DNA of 57,933 nucleotides from Gammaproteobacteria bacterium (GTDB lineage Bacteria; Pseudomonadota; Gammaproteobacteria; Ga0077536): NCBI GenBank assembly GCA_016874535.1, contig VGUA01000005.1, positions 1 to 57,933 of the forward strand, read 5' to 3'. Shown piece by piece: positions 17,815 to 27,412 of this stretch (position 1 is its first letter; each line of letters starts with the position of its first letter). The notes under the pieces were generated by a model. It saw only the letters and a program-made list of their open reading frames with translations, ran no database searches and was not told where the DNA came from. The position numbers and the translations under genes were made by a program.

Positions 17815-19238
17815 ACCACCGGCGATGGGCCGCCCTGATGGCGTCGTGGCTCGCCACGACCTGCCTCGCCGATGACATCCTGGAGATGTAAGACGTGCTG
17901 CGTTCCTCGTTCCAGCACTTCCCCCAGATCGTGGCGGCAGAAGAAGGAATCAATGCCAGCGCCGGGCGTGTGCTCGCCAGCGAAGGCGCTTTTGATCTCC
18001 AGCTCGAACAGAAAACCCAGACACGAGCAGCCGGCTATTACGACGGCACCGTGATTGACTCCAAGGTGGTGAAGCCTCTGCCGGACTTCAACACGCGTCT
18101 GTACGGCGGCTACCGCATCGCCGATGGGGCGTTCCCGGTTTACGAAGACGAGTACCAGACCAACGGTGGGGGTGAGTTCAAGGTCGGTGCGATCTTCTCG
18201 CTGCTGAAGGATCGCGATATCGATGAACGGCGACATGCCCTGCGGGACAGCCGTCTCGCGCTCAGTCAGAGCGAACTCGAGGCTCGGCTGGTGCAGCTTT
18301 CCGTCCAGCATCGCGCCATGCGCGGCTATCTCGGCTGGCTGGCCGCGGGACGTGCCCTGGAAGTCCACCGCGATCTGCTGACACTCGCCGAGACTCGACA
18401 GGCAGGCCTCGTCTCGCGGGTGGAGGATGGCGATCTCGCGGCGGTTTACCTCAACGAGAACCAGCAGTACATCCTCAAGCGCAAGGGTCGGCTGACCGAG
18501 GGCGAACGCCTGCTGCGCGAGCGCGCCAACCGGCTCGCCCTGTACCTGCGCGATGATGAAGGCCGTCCGCGCATCGTGGAGGGTGCTTCCATGCCTGAAG
18601 GATGGCCTGAGCTTGGCGAGGTTCCCGCCGACGGCATGGACGCCACCATTGCTGCCGCGCTTGCCGTACGACCTGAACTCGGTCTCAAGGACGCCGATAT
18701 CGAACGTGCACGCAATGATCTGGCGCTGGGGCAGAATGCATTGAAGCCGCGGGTGGATCTGAATCTGGAAGCCGCGAGGGATGCCGGCGGCGGCAGCATC
18801 ACGCGGGAAGACACGGACGCCATCGTGCGACTGGAGCTCTCCATCCCGCTGGAGCGTCGCCAGGGTCGAGGCAAGGTGGCCGAATCGCGCGCCAAGATGG
18901 CGCAGCTGACACTGGAACGCCAGCTGGCCTCGGACCGGATCGCGGTGGAGATCCGCAACCTGTCGAATGACCTGCTGGCCGCGGAGCAGTTTGTCACCTT
19001 GGCGACGGAAGAGGTGGCGCAGGCCACGCTGCTTGCTCGCGCAGAAGCGGAACGCTTTGCCAATGGCGCCAGTGATTTCTTTCTGGTGAACCTGCGCGAA
19101 GAGGCGGCCGCTGATGCCCGTCTGCGCTAGGTGGATGCACATCTGCGTTATCTGCTGGCGCTCGCGGATTTCCACGCGGCGACCATGCGCCTTGAAAAAT
19201 TCCTGATTCCCGACGCGCCCCTGGACACGGCGTTGTGA
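17811..19238 (+). pseudogene. TolC-family outer-membrane efflux protein with in-frame TAA (17889-17891) and TAG (19128-19130)
   Basis: One frame from GTG 17811 (signal-like MNHRRWAALMASWLATTCLA, GTGA overlap with hlyD) to TGA 19236-38 (GTGA overlap with the next gene); OEP repeats (LKPRVDL, GASDFFLVNLRE) lie between the two stops. Confidence 0.82.
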
Positions 19239-19978
19239 ACGACATCGCCCGGCTCTCGCTCTCCGCGCCCTGGCGCTGGATGCGCGCAGGTTGGGATGAT
19301 TTTCGCGCAAGCTGGCCGGCCAGTCTGTTCTATGGTCTGGTCTTCGCCGGCATGGGCAAGGCACTGTCGCAGGTGTTTGCCGATGCCTACGAGTATGTCT
19401 GGGCGCTGACCAGCGGCTTCCTGCTCGTGGGGCCTTTTCTGGCGTTGGGTCTGTACGATCTGTCGCGCCGTCGTGAGCGGGGCCAGGCACTGGGCTTGCG
19501 CGCCACCCTGATGGCCTGGCATCCCAATCGCGCCTCACTCGGGATCTTCTCGCTGGTGCTCGGGGTGCTTCTGCTCCTGTGGTCGCGTGCCTCTCTGGTG
19601 GTGATTGCGGTGTCTTTTCCAGATCAGCTGCCGAGCCTGGGAGCTTTTCTGGAGGAGGCGACAGCCTCACCGGAGCATCTGCAGTTTCTCGCCGTGTACT
19701 GTCTGGTGGGCGGATTCTTTGCGAGCCTGGTGTTTGGCATTTCCGTGGTGGCGGTGCCGATGATGCTTGATCGGGACACTGACGGAATCGTCGCCGCACT
19801 CACCAGCGTGAGGAGCTGTCTGGAGAATCCCCGCGTGATGGCCTGGTGGGCCTGCCTCATCACGATCTGCACGGCCGTGGGATTCATGACCTCGCACCTG
19901 GGCCTTGTCGTGCTCATGCCGATCATTGGTCATGCCACCTGGCATGCCTACCGGGAAGTCGTGCTGCCCCCGCCCTGA
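19235..19978 (+). CDS. DUF2189-like integral membrane protein
   Basis: WMRAGWDDF, SGFLLVGPFLALGLYDLSRRRE, SVVAVPMMLDRD..AALTS and PIIGHATWHAYR. Confidence 0.85.
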   Translation: MNDIARLSLSAPWRWMRAGWDDFRASWPASLFYGLVFAGMGKALSQVFADAYEYVWALTSGFLLVGPFLALGLYDLSRRRERGQALGLRATLMAWHPNRASLGIFSLVLGVLLLLWSRASLVVIAVSFPDQLPSLGAFLEEATASPEHLQFLAVYCLVGGFFASLVFGISVVAVPMMLDRDTDGIVAALTSVRSCLENPRVMAWWACLITICTAVGFMTSHLGLVVLMPIIGHATWHAYREVVLPPP

Positions 19979-20009
19979 GGTGGCGTCGACCGGGGCGCGT
20001 TGCTGCCTG

Positions 20010-21851
20010 TTACTCCTCTACACCCGGAACTGCCTCGTTGCCGAAGGCTTCGAGGTCGGGCACGAAGCTGCCATCCTCGGCCGGCAGGGTCGGCTGATAG
20101 GTTGACTCACCGAATCCGTCATTGGTGGGGGCTTCATCTGGGAGCTCTGCGCCCATCATCACAGGAGTCGCCCAAACCTCTGAGGTTCCCTCACCGCGCG
20201 GATCGGCCGCGGCGGAGACCGCATTGCTCGCGAGATCCCACAGGATGGCCTGCATGTTGCCGTAATCGCGGGTGGAGAGCTTGAACGCATGGCCGCGAGC
20301 TTCCAGCGCCTTGCGGGCCGCGTCGTCGAAGGCGGCCGGCTCGAAGAGGATCTCGTCCGGCAGGTATTGATGATGGAAACGGGGGCGCGAGACCCACGCC
20401 TCGGGCGTCTTGCCATCTGCAAACTCGAGAACACCAAGCAGCACCATGGAGATGATCCGGCTGCCCCCGGGAGTGCCCAGGATGCCCACGCGGTCCGGGG
20501 TGACGAGAAATGTCGGCGTCATGCTCGAGAGCGGGCGCTTGCCCGGAGCAATGGCGTTCGCATCCACGCCGACCAGCCCGTAGGCATTCGGGGTCATGGG
20601 GCGCGAGGAGAAATCATCCATTTCATTGTTGAGCAGCACGCCGCTGCCGGCCGGCGTGTAACAGGCGCCGAAGGGATAGTTGACGCTCAGCGTGGCGGAG
20701 ACGCGATTGCCCTCACCGTCCAGAATCGAGAAGTGCGTGGTGTGATCGCCCTGCTTGGGCGAGGCGATCGGTTTCAGACTGCTGCTCGGCGTGGCCTTGG
20801 CCAGATCGATATCCGCCGCCACCTCGCGCGCGTGCTGCTTGCCGGTGAGTCTTGCCACCGGCACGTCGACGAAGTCCGGATCGCCCAGATACTCGGCACG
20901 ATCGCGGTACGCGCGACGCATGGCCTCGACCACGAGATGCGAACGGTCCAGCGCATCCAGCTCGGCAAGGGAGTAGCCCTCGAGGATGTTCAACGCCTCC
21001 AGAAGAACGATTCCGCCGGACGAGGGTGGTGGCGCGGAAACTATCTGCATGTCGCGGTAGCGGCCGACGATGGGGTTGCGTTCGACAATCCGGTATTGCT
21101 CGAGATCCTCCGCGGTCCAGATGCCACCACCGGCGCGCACACCGGCGATGAGTTCGTCCGCAATCTCGCCACTGTAGAAACCGGCCGTACCCTGGCGCGC
21201 CAACCGGGTGAGGGTGTCGGCGAGGTCGCGCTGCCGGATGAGATGCCCCAGCGCGGGGAGCTCGCCGTTGTCCAGGAAGATCTCACCGGTCGCGGGGTCG
21301 GCCGCCAGCTCACGTTGACGGAACGTCGCCATCTCCAGATACCGTTCGGTGACGGGGAACCCGTCCCTGGCCAGTCGTATCGCCGGGGCAAGAGAGCGGT
21401 CGAGGGGGATGCGCCCGTAGTACAGGGCCAGATGAACCAGCGCGGCGGGCGCCCCGGGAATCGCCGCCGCCAAGGCTCCGTTCATGGATTTGCCCGGAAT
21501 CACCTCGCCCTGATCATCGAGATACAGTTTTTCGTGGGCAGCGAGCGGAGCCCGTTCGCGGGCGTCAATGAAGAGGTCTTCCTCGCCGATGGCCCGATGC
21601 AGGAGATAGAAGCCACCACCGCCAATGCCCGAGGAATAGGGTTCGACCACGGCGAGTGCCGCCGCCACGGCGACCGCCGCATCAAAGGCATTGCCGCCCG
21701 CCTCGATGATCTCGCGCCCCGCCGCCGTGGCGAGTGGATGCGCGGAAGCAATGGCCGTCTTGCCGGGCTCACGGGCAGCCGAGGCTGCACCACACACCAG
21801 CAACGCGAGCACCAGACCCATCACTGGACGAACACAAGCACGCTTCGACAT
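20010..21851 (-). CDS. ggt: Gamma-glutamyltransferase with acidic C-terminal extension
   Basis: Signal peptide, ASAHPLAT, GGNAFDAA, SGIGGGGF, HTTHFS (catalytic Thr), LLNNEMDDFS and KRPLSSMTP. Confidence 0.95.
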   Translation of the reverse strand: MSKRACVRPVMGLVLALLVCGAASAAREPGKTAIASAHPLATAAGREIIEAGGNAFDAAVAVAAALAVVEPYSSGIGGGGFYLLHRAIGEEDLFIDARERAPLAAHEKLYLDDQGEVIPGKSMNGALAAAIPGAPAALVHLALYYGRIPLDRSLAPAIRLARDGFPVTERYLEMATFRQRELAADPATGEIFLDNGELPALGHLIRQRDLADTLTRLARQGTAGFYSGEIADELIAGVRAGGGIWTAEDLEQYRIVERNPIVGRYRDMQIVSAPPPSSGGIVLLEALNILEGYSLAELDALDRSHLVVEAMRRAYRDRAEYLGDPDFVDVPVARLTGKQHAREVAADIDLAKATPSSSLKPIASPKQGDHTTHFSILDGEGNRVSATLSVNYPFGACYTPAGSGVLLNNEMDDFSSRPMTPNAYGLVGVDANAIAPGKRPLSSMTPTFLVTPDRVGILGTPGGSRIISMVLLGVLEFADGKTPEAWVSRPRFHHQYLPDEILFEPAAFDDAARKALEARGHAFKLSTRDYGNMQAILWDLASNAVSAAADPRGEGTSEVWATPVMMGAELPDEAPTNDGFGESTYQPTLPAEDGSFVPDLEAFGNEAVPGVEE

Positions 21852-21880
21852 GGAAGCTTTCCTCCGCATCAGAGGCCGGT

Positions 21881-22701
<821 letters not shown>

Positions 22702-22707
22702 CGCGCC

Positions 22708-23277
22708 TCAGGCGCGGGTGGCCAGGCCGTAGCCGGCCTGCCGGGTTTGACCCTCGCGCATCATACGCCATCCCTCCGGCAGCGCGATCCCGGGCCCGGC
22801 GCGGGGAAATTCCAGATAGAGCAGCGCATCCGGCGCAAGCCAGCCCTGCATGAGCCGCGGCATGACTTCGGCCATCAGGGAACCGGCAAACGGGGGGTCC
22901 AGAAAGACGATATCGAATGCGGTTGGGGACTGGGTCAGGAGGAATTGCGAGGCATCGGCATTCACCAAACTGGCGCGATTTCCCGCCTGCAACAGTTCGG
23001 CGTTGTGCACGAGTTGCGCAAACACCTTTGTGTCGCGCTCGACAAACGTGGCGTGGGAAGCCCCGCGCGACAGTGCTTCCAGACCCAGCACACCGGTGCC
23101 GGCGAAGAGGTCGAGGCAACGTGCGCCTGGCAATTGGGGCATCAACCAGTTGAAAAGCGTCTCGCGCACGCGGTCGGCCGTTGGCCGCAGGCCTTGGGCA
23201 GCCGGCACCGGCAGCCAGCGGCGCCGCCACTCCCCGCCAATGATGCGGACCCTTCCGGGCAGCGCATCGCGGGTCAT
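22708..23277 (-). CDS. rsmD: 16S rRNA (guanine966-N2) methyltransferase
   Basis: RIIGGEWRRR, RPTADRVRETLFNWL, LDLFAGTG and FLDPPF; ATG 23277 overlaps the upstream stop. Confidence 0.96.
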   Translation of the reverse strand: MTRDALPGRVRIIGGEWRRRWLPVPAAQGLRPTADRVRETLFNWLMPQLPGARCLDLFAGTGVLGLEALSRGASHATFVERDTKVFAQLVHNAELLQAGNRASLVNADASQFLLTQSPTAFDIVFLDPPFAGSLMAEVMPRLMQGWLAPDALLYLEFPRAGPGIALPEGWRMMREGQTRQAGYGLATRA

Positions 23278-24538
23278 TGCTCCGGTGCCACCGGGCCCAC
23301 CACCACCTCTACCATGGTGTCCAGTCTGATCCGACGCTGGAAAGCCTCGCGCACCTGCTGTGCCGTGACCTTGGCCACGGCTTGCGGGTATTGCTCCAGC
23401 CAATCGAGTGGCAGGTCGTGGAATCCAATCACGGTCAGGTACTCGGTGAGTTTGCGGTTGGTATCGATGCGCAAGGGGAAACCGCCGATGAGATTGTCCC
23501 GTGCGGCGGCCAGCGCGGTTTCATCTGGTCCCTCGGTGATGTACCGCGCCACAGTTTCACGCAGCACCTTGCGCACTTCCGCGGTATTGGCTTGATCGGT
23601 CTGCAGGCTGATCTCGAACGGACCTGCCGCAGCCATGGGCGAGAAATGGCTGGAGACCGAATAGGAGAGGCCGCGTTTTTCACGAATCTCCTCAAACAGC
23701 AGCGACACCGACGTGGCGCCGAGAACGTGATTGCCGACCACGAGCGGGTAGTAATCCGGGTCGTGGCGCGAGATGCCGGGCTGGGCGAGGCTCAGGTGGG
23801 CCTGTGCGCTCTGGAAGGGCACGTGATGCACGAGCGGTGCGGTGCGTGCGGGAACAGCGGGTATCGCTGGCGCCCGCGTTCCCCGCGGCAGCTTTTCCAC
23901 CAGCAATTCGGCCACTCGCAGGGCCTCGGCCTTGTCGAAATTGCCCACGATCACCACCAGCGCATTGGCCGCCACGTAGAGGCGTTTATGAAAATCCCAC
24001 ACGTCCTCGGGACGCATGGCAGCAAGTGAAGCCTCCGTGCCGCCCGCGGGCAGGCCGTAAGGGTGATCGGGATACAGCCGGGATTCCATGGCCAGCGCCG
24101 CCAGCGCCGCCGGCGAACTTTTCTGCTGCTCCAGACTGGTCTGCATCCTTGCCTGCATGAGCTTGAAGTCCGCGGGATCGAAGCGCGGTTCGGCCAGGGC
24201 TTCTGCCGTCAACGCCAGCGCGGGCTCGGCATACTTTCTGCGGGTGAGGCTTTTGAGGGAAATCCAGGCGAAGTCCCGCTCCAGACCCGTGCCGAGCTGG
24301 GCGCCGGTGGCTTCAAGGCGTTCGTGCAGTTCGTCCGTGGTGAGTCGCCTGGACCCGGCAGTTCCCCATCCTGCGCACTGCCGGCGGCAAAGACCACGCG
24401 GGCGATGAACATCGGTATCTCGGGCGCGGCCACGAACAGGATCGGCACCCCGGTCCTGGTCTCGAAGCGCTGGATGTCCGGATTGGCGTGGCAAACCGTG
24501 GCTGCCAGCAACCCGCAAAGAATGAGCAGTCTAGTCAT
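23274..24538 (-). pseudogene. M16B peptidase non-catalytic subunit, frameshifted by an internal deletion near 24354-24356
   Basis: N-terminal frame (signal peptide ...AAGSAQDGELPG) and C-terminal frame (GSRRLTTDELHERLE...IREKRGLSYSVSS) meet at a shared GGG; the conserved segment between them is absent. Confidence 0.8.
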
Positions 24539-25886
24539 GGCGCGCCTCCGGTAGCAGCCAGGCAATGGTCGCCACCTCGTCGCGGAAATACTTGCGTGCC
24601 ACCGCCTGCACCTGCGCCGGGGTGATTGCTTCGATGTCCTCCACGTAGGAATCCCGCAGTCGCCAGTCGATCCCCACTGCCACCAGCGATCCGATGATCA
24701 TCGCCTGTCCCAAAGGAGAATCGCGCTGGTAGATGTCCGCCGCGATGACGCCCGTCTTGATCCGCGCCAGCTCCTCTTCCCCGGGTGGGTTTTGCTTGAT
24801 CCGCTCAATCTGTTCGCGAAAGGCTTGCTCCAGATCGGCAAGCCCCACCCCATTGCGTGGCACGCCCTCGAAGCTGAACAAATCCATCAGGCGGGAACTT
24901 CCCGAATAGTTCGCACTGGCAGACAGTGCCGCCCCGCCGTTACGCACCATCTCGCGCGACAGGCGCGCGCTGGCCCCACCATCGAGCAGGGCGGCGAGCA
25001 CATCGAGGGCGTAGATCTCCCAGTGTTCGGGTGCACCCTCGCCGCGTCCCACCTGGGTCAGGCCCGGGACCTTGTAATTCATCACGAGCGTGGGCACCCG
25101 TAGGCGGGGATCGAGGATTTCGAGGCGTTTGAGCCCCTGCTGTGGAACTTCCGGGCGGACTTTCGCCGCCGGTAAAGGCCGCGCGGGGATCTTGCCGAAG
25201 GTGTCCTCGGCGAGCGTGCGCAGTGCCTCGGGTTGCACATCTCCCACCACCACGACCACAGCGTTGTTGGGGATGTAGTACCGCGCGTACCAGTCACGGA
25301 TTTCCTCCAGCTGCATCTGTTCGATGTCGGCTGCCCAACCGATCACGGGTTGGCGATAGGGGCTGGTCTGCCAGGTCGCCGCCAGGATTCGCTCGAAGGC
25401 GGCGGCGCCCGGATCATCCTCGGTACGCAGGCGCCGTTCCTCGCGAATCACTTTCAGCTCGTTCGCCACTTCTTCCGGATCCAGCATCAGGTGCTGCATG
25501 CGCTCGGCCTCGAGACGGAAGCTCTCCGCGACATTGCTGGCCGCCCATTGCTGGTAGTAGGCCGTGTAGTCAGCCGAGGTGAAAGCGTTTTCGGTACCGC
25601 CCCGCTGCGCCACGCGGCGGGAGAATTCGCCCGTCGCCAGATTCCGGGTGCGCTTGAACATGAGGTGTTCGAGTGCATGCGAGATGCCGGTGATGCCGTC
25701 GTGTTCATCGCTGCCACCCACGCGATACCACACCTGGACCACCGCCACCGGCGCGCGGTGATCTTCCTGGACGATGAGGCGCAAGCCGTTGGACAGTGTG
25801 TATTCCGATGTATTCGGCGTCGCCGCCCGCGCCGAAACGCAGAACATCGTCATCAACAGGAGCAGCAGAGGCATAGGGTGGTCCAT
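24531..25886 (-). CDS. M16B zinc peptidase, catalytic subunit
   Basis: Signal peptide, LSNGL, WYRVGG.DE, the inverted zinc motif HALEH, NAFTS.DYTAYY and EERR.R.ED. Confidence 0.95.
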   Translation of the reverse strand: MDHPMPLLLLLMTMFCVSARAATPNTSEYTLSNGLRLIVQEDHRAPVAVVQVWYRVGGSDEHDGITGISHALEHLMFKRTRNLATGEFSRRVAQRGGTENAFTSADYTAYYQQWAASNVAESFRLEAERMQHLMLDPEEVANELKVIREERRLRTEDDPGAAAFERILAATWQTSPYRQPVIGWAADIEQMQLEEIRDWYARYYIPNNAVVVVVGDVQPEALRTLAEDTFGKIPARPLPAAKVRPEVPQQGLKRLEILDPRLRVPTLVMNYKVPGLTQVGRGEGAPEHWEIYALDVLAALLDGGASARLSREMVRNGGAALSASANYSGSSRLMDLFSFEGVPRNGVGLADLEQAFREQIERIKQNPPGEEELARIKTGVIAADIYQRDSPLGQAMIIGSLVAVGIDWRLRDSYVEDIEAITPAQVQAVARKYFRDEVATIAWLLPEARHD

Positions 25887-25973
25887 CCAGAGGGCAGGTC
25901 AAGGTGCTAGCATAGCGCAGCCCCGGTATACCGCGAGGCTGCCTGTTCCACGCCGAACCCTGCCGGATCCGAC

Positions 25974-26891
25974 ATGTTCAAACGTCTCAGAGAAGGTATC
26001 GCGCGCACGCGCGATGGATTGCTCAACCGCATCGGACGCCTTTTCGGGCGTCGCGAACCCATCGACAGCAGTTCGCTGGAAGCGTTGGAAACAGCGCTGC
26101 TGCTCGCGGACACCGGCGTGCAGGTCACCGAGTCGATCATGGCGGCGGTGAAGAAGCGTGCCCGCGATGAGGGGGCGCCGTTGCTTGATGTGTTGCGCGC
26201 GGAGATGGTCGCGGCCTTGGCGCCTGTGGCCCAGCCGCTGGAAATCCCGCGCGCCACTGGCGCGCCTTTCGTGCTGTTGGTGGTGGGCGTGAATGGCGTG
26301 GGCAAGACGACGACCATCGCCAAGATGGGCCGTTATCTGCAAGGCCAGGGACTCAAGGTGATGTTCGCTGCAGGCGACACCTTTCGCGCGGCTGCCGTGG
26401 AGCAGTTGAAAACCTGGGGCGAGCGGCTCGACATTCCGGTCATTGCACAGGGCACGGGGTCTGATCCCGCTTCAGTAATCTTCGATGCCTATGCGGCAGC
26501 AGCCGCACGCGGCGTGGATGTGCTCATTGCCGATACCGCGGGCCGCCTGCATACCCAGAGCAATCTGATGGCCGAGCTTGGCAAGATTCGTCGCGTGCTC
26601 GGCAAACAGAATCCGGAAGCGCCACACGAGACCTTGCTGGTGCTGGATGCGACCATGGGCCAGAACGCTCTCCAGCAGGCGCGCATCTTTCATGAGGCTG
26701 TCGCCTTGAGCGCCGTGGTGATGACCAAGCTCGATGGCACGGCCAAGGGCGGCATCGTGTTTGCCGTGGCACAGGAGCTCAAGCTACCACTGCGCTTCAT
26801 CGGCGTTGGCGAACAGTTCGATGATCTACAGGTGTTTGAGGCCGAGGCTTTCGTGGACGCGCTGCTCGGCACCAACGAGGGAGAGCGCTGA
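25974..26891 (+). CDS. ftsY: Signal recognition particle receptor FtsY (NG domain only)
   Basis: GVNGVGKTTTIAK, DTFRAAAVEQL, DTAGRL, TKLDGTAKGG and FIGVGE. Confidence 0.98.
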   Translation: MFKRLREGIARTRDGLLNRIGRLFGRREPIDSSSLEALETALLLADTGVQVTESIMAAVKKRARDEGAPLLDVLRAEMVAALAPVAQPLEIPRATGAPFVLLVVGVNGVGKTTTIAKMGRYLQGQGLKVMFAAGDTFRAAAVEQLKTWGERLDIPVIAQGTGSDPASVIFDAYAAAAARGVDVLIADTAGRLHTQSNLMAELGKIRRVLGKQNPEAPHETLLVLDATMGQNALQQARIFHEAVALSAVVMTKLDGTAKGGIVFAVAQELKLPLRFIGVGEQFDDLQVFEAEAFVDALLGTNEGER

Positions 26892-26896
26892 GGGCT

Positions 26897-27412
26897 TCAG
26901 GCTGATCGCACAACGCGTGCGGGCAGCCAGCCTTGGTTGACGAGCCAGGTGCGCGCATCTTCCGCATCATGCTCGAACCACGCAGCGGCGCAGCCGAGGC
27001 GAAAGCTGTAACCCCACGCATCCATGTCGCGCAGCATGCGTGGGCGGCTGTAGCCTGGCACGAGATCCGCCACCAGCACCGAGAGGTAGCAGACAGCGCA
27101 TTCCTCGATGACGTCCCCGCCCGCATCCTTGTCCAGCACTTCCCGGCGTGCCGCGTCCATGCAGAGATAGTGACAGGCTTCGTGCAGGAGGGAGGTCAGA
27201 GGTGTATCCGGCCGCACGTGCAGGGTGTGACGGGTGAGCCCGGCTTCGGGTGGGCCCCAGTAACTGCCGGGGATCTCCGCCTCCAGCGGCAGCAGATTGA
27301 TTGCAAGGCCATGATTGCCGAAGAACTCGCGCATGAAAGGCAGCGTGGCGGAAGTCCCCTCCATGAGACGTATCACCGGCGCCGCTGCGCCGGCGGCGCA
27401 GGGTTCGGACAT
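26897..27412 (-). CDS. Hypothetical protein with HExxH motif
   Basis: EIPGSYWG.PEAGL, SLLHEACHYLC, DAGGD.IEECAVCYL and MDAWGYSFRLG; ATG 27412 overlaps the upstream stop. Confidence 0.75.
   Translation of the reverse strand: MSEPCAAGAAAPVIRLMEGTSATLPFMREFFGNHGLAINLLPLEAEIPGSYWGPPEAGLTRHTLHVRPDTPLTSLLHEACHYLCMDAARREVLDKDAGGDVIEECAVCYLSVLVADLVPGYSRPRMLRDMDAWGYSFRLGCAAAWFEHDAEDARTWLVNQGWLPARVVRSA

Noticed and set aside
15869-19130. Stop-codon reassignment (alternative genetic code) as the cause of the in-frame stops
   Set aside because: Both TAA and TAG are involved, both terminate normal genes in this window, and other core genes show no internal stops.
17745-19799. 684-aa antisense ORF over tolC/DUF2189
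   Set aside because: It is in exact codon register with the tolC sense frame, is Arg/Pro/Ala-rich with no motifs, and is the expected shadow of GC-rich coding sequence.
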